Part shown: in pieces, positions 16,294 to 26,800 of the stretch | Layout of the letters: every line of letters begins with the position of its first letter | Position numbering within the stretch: the stretch's first letter is position 1 | Translations under genes and position numbers: made by a program | Notes under the pieces: model-generated | Databases searched by the model: none | The model's input: the letters and a program-made list of their open reading frames with translations, nothing else | Told to the model about the DNA's origin: nothing | IMG/VR virus record: IMGVR_UViG_3300014934_000112 | Span: 3,769 to 67,768 of that record | Strand: one strand, 5' to 3' | Origin: a virus | DNA length: 64,000 nt

Positions 16294-17133
16294 TTATGGC
16301 ATTTCATTGTAAATTTTGCTAACATCATCTAATAATTCTTTTGGCAAATATCTTTCTAAAAGCTCATTCGAATTATCAAGTGTTTTCTTATAGAAATCTT
16401 CTGCGATACCACCGCCAATAGCAGCAATCGTATCTGTGTCACATGGCAAAGACAATACATTTCTTAAGAATGATTCATAATCTTCGCTCTCTAAGAAACA
16501 TCTGATTGCCACAGGAACACTATCTTGAACTGTCGCAGACCAAACATAATTCTTTCTATAATCATCGAGTGGTCGATCAACACCATATGTATATTGACTG
16601 GATGGATAACTTTTTAATGCATATTGATAAATTTCTTCTTTTGATTTACCCCATAGCGCCATAAAAGAACAGCCTGTTACAATCGATGCACCTTTGTAAG
16701 ATTCTGAGTGGCGATGCGTTTTCTCACATGTCCATTGTGCTAAATCTATGTAATAACTCAATACGTCTGGACGATCAGCAAACCCATTAAAATACATTGT
16801 GATAGGCGAAATTCTCATGGCACATCCATTACCAAAGCTTTCATTAACACGACTACCATCATCGTGTAACCAGTCTTCGAACATTGCGCCATATCCCGTA
16901 CCAGGATATTTCTTGCCATATTCTAAGTAGAACTCCCAAGGCTCTTTGATATGTTTGTGTTCATCGTCATCATCCAACAGCCACATTCCTGTTGCAATAC
17001 TGAGAACTGTATCATCTGTAAATTTACATTTATCTGTAAACAATTCACAGTTCTTCCAATCTAAATCGTGAGGTCTGCGGAACTCATATTGAGAACCGCA
17101 AATATCTCCTAGAATCGCTCCAATTAAAGCCAT
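16294..17133 (-). CDS. ADP-ribosylglycohydrolase family protein (DraG/ARH-like)
   Basis: The N-terminus reads ALIGAILGDICGSQYEF and the protein contains PCDTDTIAAIGGGIAEDF (the conserved DTDT metal-binding motif). Confidence 0.65.
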   Translation of the reverse strand: MALIGAILGDICGSQYEFRRPHDLDWKNCELFTDKCKFTDDTVLSIATGMWLLDDDDEHKHIKEPWEFYLEYGKKYPGTGYGAMFEDWLHDDGSRVNESFGNGCAMRISPITMYFNGFADRPDVLSYYIDLAQWTCEKTHRHSESYKGASIVTGCSFMALWGKSKEEIYQYALKSYPSSQYTYGVDRPLDDYRKNYVWSATVQDSVPVAIRCFLESEDYESFLRNVLSLPCDTDTIAAIGGGIAEDFYKKTLDNSNELLERYLPKELLDDVSKIYNEMP

Positions 17134-17141
17134 TTAATCAC

Positions 17142-17369
17142 CTACCTGTTAAAGATGTTTTCTAAAATTGTAAGAATTAGTGCGATAATCCATTTTGTTT
17201 TCGTTGGAACAATTAGCGGATTTACCGCAACAAAATGTAACAACCAAATAAACAGATTTACAATTGCAAAGTTGACAGCAATTACGACCATTAATCCTAA
17301 GATTGTTCCTAAGATTGTTCCTGCATGATATTTGTCTTCAACAAATAGTGAAGTTAATAATTTCTTCAT
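17142..17369 (-). CDS. Small membrane protein
   Basis: A 75-aa hydrophobic ORF. Confidence 0.35.
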   Translation of the reverse strand: MKKLLTSLFVEDKYHAGTILGTILGLMVVIAVNFAIVNLFIWLLHFVAVNPLIVPTKTKWIIALILTILENIFNR

Positions 17370-17401
17370 CTGTTATTCCTTTCATCAAAGATTAATTTTA
17401 T

Positions 17402-17665
17402 CTATTCTACGATCATCCAGTCTTCAGCCAACATATCTGTCTGACTTGCGAGCCAAGGAACTACATTCCCCTGTGCTGTTTTCATTGCAATATATGCTCC
17501 ATATTCGACTAATCCGTCTTCATTTACAATGCTTTTAGCAATATCTGTGCATGGCGCATAAGCTCCTGCTGGAACATAATATAAAAACATACCTTTCCCA
17601 TTCCAACCTTTTCTTGCTACTTTTCTTTCATCTTTCATTGCATCAATTGCTGTTCCAAAATCCAT
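17402..17665 (-). CDS. DUF2829-like phage protein
   Basis: MDFGTAIDAMKDERKVARKGWNGKGMFLYY matches the DUF2829 N-terminal signature; RBS AAAGGAGAATTT. Confidence 0.45.
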   Translation of the reverse strand: MDFGTAIDAMKDERKVARKGWNGKGMFLYYVPAGAYAPCTDIAKSIVNEDGLVEYGAYIAMKTAQGNVVPWLASQTDMLAEDWMIVE

Positions 17666-17865
17666 AATAAATTCTCCTTTACTCTTCTGTGTGACATGTA
17701 TTTGTTAGTTTCTTATACACATCTTCATATAATTCCTGCTTATCGCCATTGTATGTATACTCTGCGTAGATACCATCACCGCTTACATACACTCTGAAAG
17801 TGATCCATTCCTGTAATAATCATTTTGTTTTCTTCTTTACTCTTTCTTCTAAATTTTTCTAAAAG

Positions 17866-18006
17866 CTAATCTACTTTGTCATTGCATATCTTGGCATCTG
17901 CTCTGTTGCAAAAATAGTAAATATCACAATCTGTACATCTCATTCTTAAAAACTCAACCGCCTCTTGCCGATTGAAATTTGTAACGTCAATAAGTTTACC
18001 TATCAT
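17866..18006 (-). CDS. Small Cys-rich protein (46 aa), found by manual translation
   Basis: MIGKLIDVTNFNRQEAVEFLRMRCTDCDIYYFCNRADAKICNDKVD with the RBS AAGGTG. Confidence 0.3.
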   Translation of the reverse strand: MIGKLIDVTNFNRQEAVEFLRMRCTDCDIYYFCNRADAKICNDKVD

Positions 18007-18017
18007 GTCACGGCACC

Positions 18018-18425
18018 TTATTTACTCTCTGTAACTTTAAATGGAACAATTGATTCTGGAATATAGTTAACTTCATATTTATATTTGTTAACTTTAGCCC
18101 CACCTAAATCTTCGATTACATACATGCTATCTCGGTTCATGTGGACAATATGTTTCTTATATGAGCCATCTGCTGTTTCGACAATAAGTTTTACTTTCTT
18201 ACTGCCTTCATCTTCTAAAGAAAATGCCCCGACAATTTCAAATTCAACTTTATCTGTTCGTGTATTAATTACAGCAAATCGTCTTAAGACATTAAAATTG
18301 TCTGCTTCTTTGGATACATTAGTTGATACCTTATCGGCTTCGGTACATCCTGTCACGATACCACCAATACCGAGACATCCAATTGCAGCAATAACCGCCA
18401 TTCGTTTTTTAATGTTTAATTTCAT
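18018..18425 (-). CDS. Lipoprotein
   Basis: Has a signal peptide with a lipobox (IVTGC). Confidence 0.45.
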   Translation of the reverse strand: MKLNIKKRMAVIAAIGCLGIGGIVTGCTEADKVSTNVSKEADNFNVLRRFAVINTRTDKVEFEIVGAFSLEDEGSKKVKLIVETADGSYKKHIVHMNRDSMYVIEDLGGAKVNKYKYEVNYIPESIVPFKVTESK

Positions 18426-18443
18426 ATATTCAATTTTCTCCTT

Positions 18444-18785
18444 TTAAATCCTAGGGTGTTTAATCCCCTTTTGTTTTGACCAATCAATTTCTGAAGGTTC
18501 TACACCTGTCTGTTGTTTGTAAAATTCATAATCTTCTGTCCAAAACTCTGCATCTTGATCTTTAATGAAGTATCTTTCGTCAAAAACTAAATCTAACTCA
18601 TCTGGAGTAGCAAGATATTTTACTTTACAACGTCTACCGTATTTGTATGTTTCTCCGTTGTAACTGATTGAACACGGTTCCCAAATGCGATATTCTACAT
18701 AGTTGTCTTTTACAACCAGTTTTTCGATTTTGCTTTCTGGGATTCCCAGTCTAACAAAACATTCATAAATGGTTAGTTTATTCAC
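18444..18785 (-). CDS. Hypothetical protein
   Basis: A 113-aa ORF. Confidence 0.4.
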   Translation of the reverse strand: MNKLTIYECFVRLGIPESKIEKLVVKDNYVEYRIWEPCSISYNGETYKYGRRCKVKYLATPDELDLVFDERYFIKDQDAEFWTEDYEFYKQQTGVEPSEIDWSKQKGIKHPRI

Positions 18786-20769
18786 TCGTATCTCCCTTCA
18801 GAATCTTGATCAGTTCATCTTCATCAATGATCGGAATACCAAATTGCTGTGCTTTTTTATTTTTACTGCTTGTAGAATTTACATCATTGTTTACAAGATA
18901 ATTCGTATTTTTTGATACAGATCCTGCGACTTTGCCACCTCTGGACTCAATTTCATCCTTGATAGCATTACGATTGGCAAACTTGTTTACCTTACCTGTT
19001 ACAACAAAAGTCATTCCTGTGAGATCAACCATTGATTCTTTTTTGCTTTCTGGCATCTCAAACTCAAGTTCTTCGGCTAATTTCTCAGCCATTTCAAGGT
19101 TTTCTTTGAAATAATCATCCATTGACAATGAAGTATTGATACCAATACCATCAATATGTCCAAAATATTTTCTCTGTTTGATTCTTTTAATAAATACATC
19201 GTATGGATTTTCATTATTCGATAGAGAAATCTTATCAATAAGCTTGCAAATATCCTTTGCCGTTGACTTCCCGACAAGTTCAATGCCAAGTGCTGTTACG
19301 AAATTAACCAGTTTGCATCTGCGACTTTCCTCGATACTATTTAATAAGGAAGAAACACTTTTTGCACCAAATCCATCAAGGTTCTTCATCTCAGATTTAT
19401 GCTCTGCTAAATTATAAATATCTGTATAATCTTTCAGCCATCCAAGATCAATAAATCTTTTCAGTGTTGCCTCAGATAAACCTTGAATATTCATTGCATC
19501 TCTGGAAACAAAGTTCACAAATTTGCTTAATAGTTTTGCCTTGCAGTCAGGATTCATGCATTTCAGAACCTTACTGCCATTCTCGTTGATGATTTTTGCT
19601 TCGCCACCGCAGGTTGGACAAGTATCTGGAATCTTAAATGTATTGCTTCTTGTCAGATTATCGTGTACTTTTGGAATCACCATATTACTACGATAAACCT
19701 GAATCGTATCACCTGCACCAAGTTCCAACCCTTCAATGTAACTTACATTATGTAATGTAGCTCTTGTGGTTTCTGCGCCATCAAGATCAACTGGATCGAA
19801 TACTGCAACTGGATTAATCAACCCTGTACGAGATGTATTCCATTCAATATCTCTGATTGTTGTTTTGTAGAGGTCATCTTTATATTTGTAGGCGATCAAC
19901 GATAATGGATGATGCCCCGTCATTCCTAACGATTTACCATATTGATAATCGTTGTAGGAAATAATTAAACCATCAACAGGATATTTGTATTCTTCTGGCT
20001 GAAATGTTGCCATATACTCTTCAACATTATCTCGGTTAACGACCTGATGCTCTACTACATCAAACCCTTGTTCTGCAAGATATTTAAAGCTATCTGCAAT
20101 GCTTGGCATTTCTGATTCAGGTGTGTCTCCAAGTTTGACTAATTCAAATACTTTGTAAGCCAACTTCCTGTCTTTTGCCACATTAGAGTCTAACTGTCTA
20201 ACAGTACCTGCTGCTAAATTTCTTGCATTTTTGTATTTGCCATGTAATTTTTCATTAATCTTAGCAAAATCATCATATCCAATAACTGCTTCACCACGAA
20301 TTTCAAGATAACGCTTTTCAGGGATTGACTGTGGAACATTTCGTACCATTTTCATCGTGTGAGTGACATCCTCACCGATTTCGCCATTTCCCCTTGTAAT
20401 TGCTTGTTTTAAGCGTCCATTTTCGTATCTGAGAACAATACTGAGACCATCTTCTTTCCACGATAAAACACCAATTTTATCCGCAAGAAATTTTTTGACC
20501 TCATTGACATCCTTCGTCTTCTGAGCTGATAACATTGGGCGTGTATGCTTTACTTTAGCCAGAGAATCAATTATAAATCCTTGAACGTGGTGGATGGGCG
20601 AATTATTCAAAACAACGCCAGAATCTCTCTCAAGTCGTTCTAAAGCAGCGCATAAATCGTCAAATTCTTTATCTGAAATGATCGGATTATCCTCTGCATA
20701 GTACGCATATGAAGCATCATTGATTCTGTCAATCAAGACATTCATTTCTTTCACATATTCAGTTTTCAT
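18778..20769 (-). CDS. ligA: NAD-dependent DNA ligase
   Basis: A 663-aa protein with the KxDG adenylation motif (WKEDGLS), a Zn finger (CPTCGGEAKI...CMNPDC) and a C-terminal BRCT-like region. Confidence 0.8.
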   Translation of the reverse strand: MKTEYVKEMNVLIDRINDASYAYYAEDNPIISDKEFDDLCAALERLERDSGVVLNNSPIHHVQGFIIDSLAKVKHTRPMLSAQKTKDVNEVKKFLADKIGVLSWKEDGLSIVLRYENGRLKQAITRGNGEIGEDVTHTMKMVRNVPQSIPEKRYLEIRGEAVIGYDDFAKINEKLHGKYKNARNLAAGTVRQLDSNVAKDRKLAYKVFELVKLGDTPESEMPSIADSFKYLAEQGFDVVEHQVVNRDNVEEYMATFQPEEYKYPVDGLIISYNDYQYGKSLGMTGHHPLSLIAYKYKDDLYKTTIRDIEWNTSRTGLINPVAVFDPVDLDGAETTRATLHNVSYIEGLELGAGDTIQVYRSNMVIPKVHDNLTRSNTFKIPDTCPTCGGEAKIINENGSKVLKCMNPDCKAKLLSKFVNFVSRDAMNIQGLSEATLKRFIDLGWLKDYTDIYNLAEHKSEMKNLDGFGAKSVSSLLNSIEESRRCKLVNFVTALGIELVGKSTAKDICKLIDKISLSNNENPYDVFIKRIKQRKYFGHIDGIGINTSLSMDDYFKENLEMAEKLAEELEFEMPESKKESMVDLTGMTFVVTGKVNKFANRNAIKDEIESRGGKVAGSVSKNTNYLVNNDVNSTSSKNKKAQQFGIPIIDEDELIKILKGDTSE

Positions 20770-20852
20770 AATTTTTGGATTTTCCTTTTCTTGTTTATAT
20801 TGTTTAGTTGATTATTTTAATTTGTGTTTCTATGTCTTTCAGTAACTGCCAA

Positions 20853-21491
20853 TTACTTCACTACATATATTTTTCTGTGCTGTTGCACATTTACTGTTTC
20901 GGAATGTGTTGATTTAAATACGTCTACATGCATTCCTTTTACCTTGCCTCCACAATCTTCTGCCACAAAGATTGTATCGCCATATCCCTCAATCTTAACT
21001 TTTGTACCATAAGGGATAATGTTTGGATCAACCGCAATCGTATGATACGGTCGAGCAAATTTATGTCCTGCATGATTCCAAGAAATCTTAGATCCATATC
21101 CTTCAGAACACTCATAACATGGACAATATGCCGTGATTAAAAATGTTCCAAGTGAACTCTTTTCAAGTTCTCGCTTTCGCTTCAGCCGTTGTCGTTTAAT
21201 TCGCAATCGTTTTTTTCGAAGTTTTTCTAATCGAATCTGCCTTGCTTTCTCTTCATCAGCTTTCTTACATTTCTGATAATGCTCATGAACATCTTTTAAT
21301 TCAACGCTTTGACTGATCGGATTGTTTGAAATCACATCATCTTGTTTATTTTCTACAACAGTTGTCTCTGTTGGTGAGGTTGAAGCCTCTACCGAGGGTC
21401 GCTCCTCTGCTTTAACTGTGTGAGTCATAAAGCCCGAGCACATTGCTAAAAAACTAAACGAGACAACTTTCGTTAAAAATCTTTTTCTCAT
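20853..21491 (-). CDS. Secreted 3D-domain (MltA-like) protein, probably peptidoglycan-binding or lytic
   Basis: Start reassigned to MRKRFLTK (RBS AAAGGAGATGTGAAA) with a signal peptide. GTFLITAYCPCYECSEGYG...IAVDPNIIPYGTKVKIEGYGDTIFVAEDCGGKVKGMHVDVF is the 3D-domain signature. Confidence 0.55.
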   Translation of the reverse strand: MRKRFLTKVVSFSFLAMCSGFMTHTVKAEERPSVEASTSPTETTVVENKQDDVISNNPISQSVELKDVHEHYQKCKKADEEKARQIRLEKLRKKRLRIKRQRLKRKRELEKSSLGTFLITAYCPCYECSEGYGSKISWNHAGHKFARPYHTIAVDPNIIPYGTKVKIEGYGDTIFVAEDCGGKVKGMHVDVFKSTHSETVNVQQHRKIYVVK

Positions 21492-21526
21492 TTTCACATC
21501 TCCTTTCTTTAACATATTGGTATCTT

Positions 21527-21577
21527 ACCATACTTTTTGCACCCTGTCAATAGGTGCAAGAAAGAAAGTTAATTTTT
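21527..21577. repeat. 51-bp exact repeat (copy 1) containing a 7-bp-stem hairpin and a TTGACA box. It lies upstream of the 3D-domain gene.
   Basis: ACCATACTTTTTGCACCCTGTCAATAGGTGCAAGAAAGAAAGTTAATTTTT is identical to 60613-60663; on the minus strand TTGCACC TATTGACAG GGTGCAA forms a hairpin. Confidence 0.7.
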
Positions 21578-23842
21578 TAGGCTTAACCAAGTGCGCCTCT
21601 TATTATGATTTGTTACGATACATCTCTTAAAGGCTTCTGGCTCTGCAAGGAGTGCAAATCTTTTCTTAGCTCGTGTTAACATCGTATATAACATACAGTT
21701 ATCAAGCAATTTGTAATGTGTGTTATCAATGATACCAATGACAGTTTGAGCAGCCGATCCTTGCAGCTTATGCGTTGTTAATGCGTATGCTAATTGCAAT
21801 TGTCCCAACTGAGCAAAAGAATATTCAATCATCTTCTCTTCAATATTTGCATTCATAGATACCAAACATATTTCTTTTTCTTTATCAATCGCTGTAATAT
21901 ATCCGATATCGCCATTGAATACATCTCGCTCGTAGTCATTTGAAGTCTGTAATACCTTATCTCCTAAATAGTATTTACGATCTTTGAATTCAACAAATGG
22001 TTTATTACTATCAGCAAATAATTCTTTCTGCACTGCTTTATTTAATTCATCTGTGCTATTGGTACAATTACTTCTTCGTGGGGAAATAATCACAACATTA
22101 TCAAGCCCTTCCTCTTTAACAGATTTAATATACTGCTTTACTGCCATGTTAAACAACGATTCTCTATTCTTCCTGAACAAATAGAACATATCATTTAGTT
22201 CACCATGAACAATTTTTAATTGTGGACTGTCCAATGGGTTGATCCCTCTACGAATCTTTCTTGCATCCGTTAAAATACCAGATTTTTCTGCTTGCCTCAT
22301 CGGTTTGGTAAGCTGAACGCTATTCAAGCCTTTCTTTTTTAACAGATCCGAGAAAATATTACCAAATCCAATCGGTGGCAACTGCATATAGTCACCACAA
22401 AAAATTAATCGTGTTCCTGGTCGAATTGCCAATAAAAAATTATAGAAAAGGCTCGCATTTGTCATACTGCTTTCATCCATGATCACAACATCAGCAGGTA
22501 ATGGGTTATCTTGATTGTAGCAAAAACTATCAATACCTTCTGCCACAAGTAATCTATGAATAGTCCGTGAGTCCAAACCTGTTGCTTCTTTAATTCTCTG
22601 GGCTGCTTTTGCAGATAACGCACACGCAACAATGCTATTATTTCTTTTTTGGTAGCATTTAATAATTGGTTTCAGAATTGTTGTTTTACCAGTTCCAGCT
22701 TCTCCAGAAATAAACACAACTTGGCAATTTAACGCTTTGTTAACTCCTGTAATTTGCTCTTCTGAAAACATAAATCCTTCTTCATCTTCAACCTCAGAAA
22801 TCGTCTGGCTAATCTCATTATCTGTTATTGGTTCGTAATCTGTCGTATCCCCAAATGAATATTTCTCCATATCTTTAATTAATTCGTAAATATCCATTTC
22901 AATTTTATGATACGATTTCAGACCAATTTTATCTCCAGATGTATATAAATAATTTGGTATTTTTTTATCTGATTCTTCATCAAGCCATTCATCAAATATA
23001 GGTAAGCATTCAGATGCCGCATTACTAATATCGCATCTTAAATTTTTGATATATACATATGTATGTCCATCATTATCACCAACTTGATGCAAGTCGTAGG
23101 AAATAAATGCATTTAACCGTTGATTTGAGCATCGCAATTCTGGTTTTAATTTGAGCGCAATATCGTCAACTCGTTTAAATCCCATGCCCTTTACTCTAGT
23201 GAGTATATATGGATTTTGTTCAATCTGTTTTTTTAAGACACTTGGATTAGGTTCAGATTTCAACAATCTTTCAATCGTTGGTAATGTAACTCCATATGGC
23301 TGCAACATTACAACAATGTCAGAGATCACATAATTTTTAATAATTTTATCTCTAAGTTTCTTCCAAGTCTTGTCTCCCAATCCTTTGATTTCTGAATGGT
23401 CAATCATTTCTAACTGACCATTCATTACATCTTCAACAACATTAGGATATTTCGCAATTAACTGATCTGCGATCGTTGCGTTCGTCTGTGTTTTTAAAAA
23501 TACCTTTTGGGCTTCAAAAGTTTTAGGAACTTCAGCAACTATAGAAAGTGGTTTATATTGGTATTCATTGTATTTCTTAGAATATGTCATATTGGCTTTA
23601 ACCTTATATTTCGTTCCCAAATACAACTCCTGCATGTTACCAACCAATTTGCCACATTTATTCATTTTTTTATCGGATAAGTCATCAAAATCATTATTGT
23701 TATATGGTTTGCATTCTGGTAAATCTTCTGCCGTACAGAATGTGTAAATCCCAAATAAAGATTCTTCATTATAATAAATCTGATATAATGGGACAATCTC
23801 AAACTCATATTCTTTTGTACTATCCACCACTTTAGGCGACAA
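21569..23842 (-). CDS. RecD-like superfamily-1 DNA helicase
   Basis: Contains FISGEAGTGKTT (Walker A), DESSM and CGDYMQLPPIG; the C-terminal motif is TTHKLQGS. Confidence 0.75.
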   Translation of the reverse strand: MSPKVVDSTKEYEFEIVPLYQIYYNEESLFGIYTFCTAEDLPECKPYNNNDFDDLSDKKMNKCGKLVGNMQELYLGTKYKVKANMTYSKKYNEYQYKPLSIVAEVPKTFEAQKVFLKTQTNATIADQLIAKYPNVVEDVMNGQLEMIDHSEIKGLGDKTWKKLRDKIIKNYVISDIVVMLQPYGVTLPTIERLLKSEPNPSVLKKQIEQNPYILTRVKGMGFKRVDDIALKLKPELRCSNQRLNAFISYDLHQVGDNDGHTYVYIKNLRCDISNAASECLPIFDEWLDEESDKKIPNYLYTSGDKIGLKSYHKIEMDIYELIKDMEKYSFGDTTDYEPITDNEISQTISEVEDEEGFMFSEEQITGVNKALNCQVVFISGEAGTGKTTILKPIIKCYQKRNNSIVACALSAKAAQRIKEATGLDSRTIHRLLVAEGIDSFCYNQDNPLPADVVIMDESSMTNASLFYNFLLAIRPGTRLIFCGDYMQLPPIGFGNIFSDLLKKKGLNSVQLTKPMRQAEKSGILTDARKIRRGINPLDSPQLKIVHGELNDMFYLFRKNRESLFNMAVKQYIKSVKEEGLDNVVIISPRRSNCTNSTDELNKAVQKELFADSNKPFVEFKDRKYYLGDKVLQTSNDYERDVFNGDIGYITAIDKEKEICLVSMNANIEEKMIEYSFAQLGQLQLAYALTTHKLQGSAAQTVIGIIDNTHYKLLDNCMLYTMLTRAKKRFALLAEPEAFKRCIVTNHNKRRTWLSLKN

Positions 23843-26800
23843 CCCCCTTCACTTTCTTAATATCTTCTAGCCATTGTTTATATGGTTTAATTTTTTTTGC
23901 GATAACCTTCTCATCTGAATCTTTTCTACACAACATAGCAATCTGATTCCCTTTTACGATTAAGTCTTCATATTCTTTCAATTGCGAATGCCAGACGATT
24001 GCCTCAGTCAATCCAAAACTAGAATATAAATTCACATATGCAAATGTCTGTTTATTTTTGTCTTTCTTTTTATCAACTTTGGCGATCACTGCAACTACAG
24101 TACAATCATCTCCATTTTCAACATCTTGAAATTGTTTTGACATGTACTTGTATGCCTGATCAAATGGGTTATCGTTGATAAAGATTTGCAATGCTTCAAA
24201 TTCCCAAAAATCTTCATTCTCAAGATATTTTTGATTCTGTGCGATAAATTTCTGAAATCGTTCTTTTTCCTTATCTTTATACAATTCATACCTTTTATCG
24301 TTGTAAGCTTTTAATATTGCATCTTTGTCGTAATCATATTTCTTCTCACCTATACGGTAATATTCAGCGTCAATATCCCATTTAATAAGTAACTGTTTGT
24401 AACTCGGTGCTTTTGCAACTGGCTTGAATGTTGTTGGCTGATACATAGATTTCAAATACTGAATTAAAGTTTTACGTTTATTCTTTGTCGGAATTGCACC
24501 TGCCTTAATCAACTGAATAACCTGTGATTTACTTGGATTAATACGTTTGCAAAAGTTTTCAAACCCTATGAATTTACCATTTTCATCACGGTCTTCAAGA
24601 ATTACCTTTGCAATTTTTTCTCCAATACCACTGATAGCCGATAATCCAAACAATATATACACATCATCAATACTGAAATTCATCATTGATTTATTTAAGT
24701 TTGGTGGTAACACTTGAATCTTAAACGCCTTGGCATCAAGAATATATTTATTTACCATTCCTGCCTTATCTTTATTGCGATTCAATAATGCCTTAAAGAA
24801 GCATAATGCGTGATGCTTCTTCAAAAACGCTGTTTGTAAGCATAATACAGCATAGGAGTACGCATGACTTTTATTGAATAAGTATCCCCCTTTTTGGGAT
24901 AACGTCTCGCTAATCTGTTTTGCAATTTCTTCAGGATATCCATTCTCAATAATCTCGTAATAAAGCTTTTTAGATTCAGACTTCACAAGTTCAATATTCT
25001 TTTTACCAATCGCCTTACGGAATAAGTCGGCTCCTCCATAACTTCGACCACCAAATTTACGAACAATATCAAGTAATTGCTCCTGGTAAATCATACATCC
25101 ATACGTTTCCTTTAAGATTGGCTCCATATCTGGATGGATATATGTAATTTTCTCTGGATGATGCTTGTACTCAATGAATTCTTCTAAAACATCCATTGCA
25201 TCTGGTCTGTACAATGCCAATACAGCAGCTAATTCTTCCATGTTTGAGACTTGTAACCTAATCAACAAGTCCTTCATACCAGCACTTTCAACTTGGAAAA
25301 CACCATTAGTCATTGCACTACGCAATAATTCATATGATCCTTTGTCCATTTCAAATTTTGGATTGTTAATATTTACATCAAACTCAGTTAACCCTGCGTC
25401 AATTTCAGCTTCTTTTACAGTGTTTAATGTGGCAACACCTAGAATATCAAATTTAATAATTCCAATTTCTTCAACGATACGTTTATCTACTTGAATGACG
25501 TGCTCTCCGTCAGTTCCAAGTTTCATTGCCATATAATCGCTAATATCTGTATCTACAATCCCCACACCACCTGCATGAGAAGATACTGTTTTTACTCTAC
25601 CTGCAAGATGAGATGCAACGTCAAAAAGCTCTTCATATCTTGGGTTCTCTGCTAAATCTCTGTTATTCCATAAAGATTCTTCAATCGTGTCATATACAAA
25701 TTTTTTACTTAATTTATCCATCTCGTGATAATTGAACCCTAAGACCTTGCCAACATCTTTGATTGCCACAATTGGAGTAATAAAACTGAAATTGATAATC
25801 TGGCATACCCTGTTTTCGCCATACTTATCGATCAAATATTGGATAATCTCATCTCGTGTGCCAACATCTGTATCTGTATCTGGCATTGAAATTCGCTCTG
25901 GATTCAAAAATCTTTCAAAAATCAGTCCATATTTGATAGGATCTAAGTCTGTAATTGTAATCGTGTAACACACTAAGCTACCTGCGCAACTACCTCGACC
26001 AGCACCAATTGGAATACCATTTTCTCTTGCGAAGTTGATAAAATCCCAAACAATCAAGAAGTATCCATCGAATCCCATTGAATGAATAATATCTAATTCG
26101 TAATCAATTCTTTCTTTTCTAAGTTTCTGCTCATCTTCTGGTAATTTATCGAATCCTCGTTTTACCCACCCTGTATCAATCAGATACTTTAAATAAGAAT
26201 AATTATCTTCAAATCCTTCTGGTAATGGGAAAGATGGTAACTGAGGTGCTTGAAATGGCATGTGAATTTCATCAATTAAATCTGCAATCCTATCAGTTTC
26301 TTCAAGCCCTTTGGTCACTGCGTCTTCTCCAATTTGACTATCCATAATTGCATGAATTTCATCGTCAGATTGTAAATAACATCCTTCATAAATTTCTGCT
26401 GCGGTTTCAGTATCGTGAGCAAGCTTTACATGCCAGTTCTGATAATACAGATCTTCTTTTCTAGCAGCATGACTATCAGTTGTGATAATGTATGGTGTAT
26501 TAGTGTCTACTGAAAGCTGTAAGATTTTCTGATTATATACCATTTGATCCTGATGTGAATGTGACTGCATTTCTAAATAAAAATGTGGAAAAATCTCTTT
26601 ATATTCACGAACATATTCAACACATTTCTGATAATCTGGCTCTCTGGCAAGTTTAGATGCTAAACAAGCACTACTCACAACCAGATCCTTAGCATATGGT
26701 TTCAACGCATTCAGATCAATTCGTGGCTTGTAGTAAAATCCATGAAAATTTGAATCAGTTACCAATTGATTAATTGCTTTTCTACCATTCTCATTCTTTG

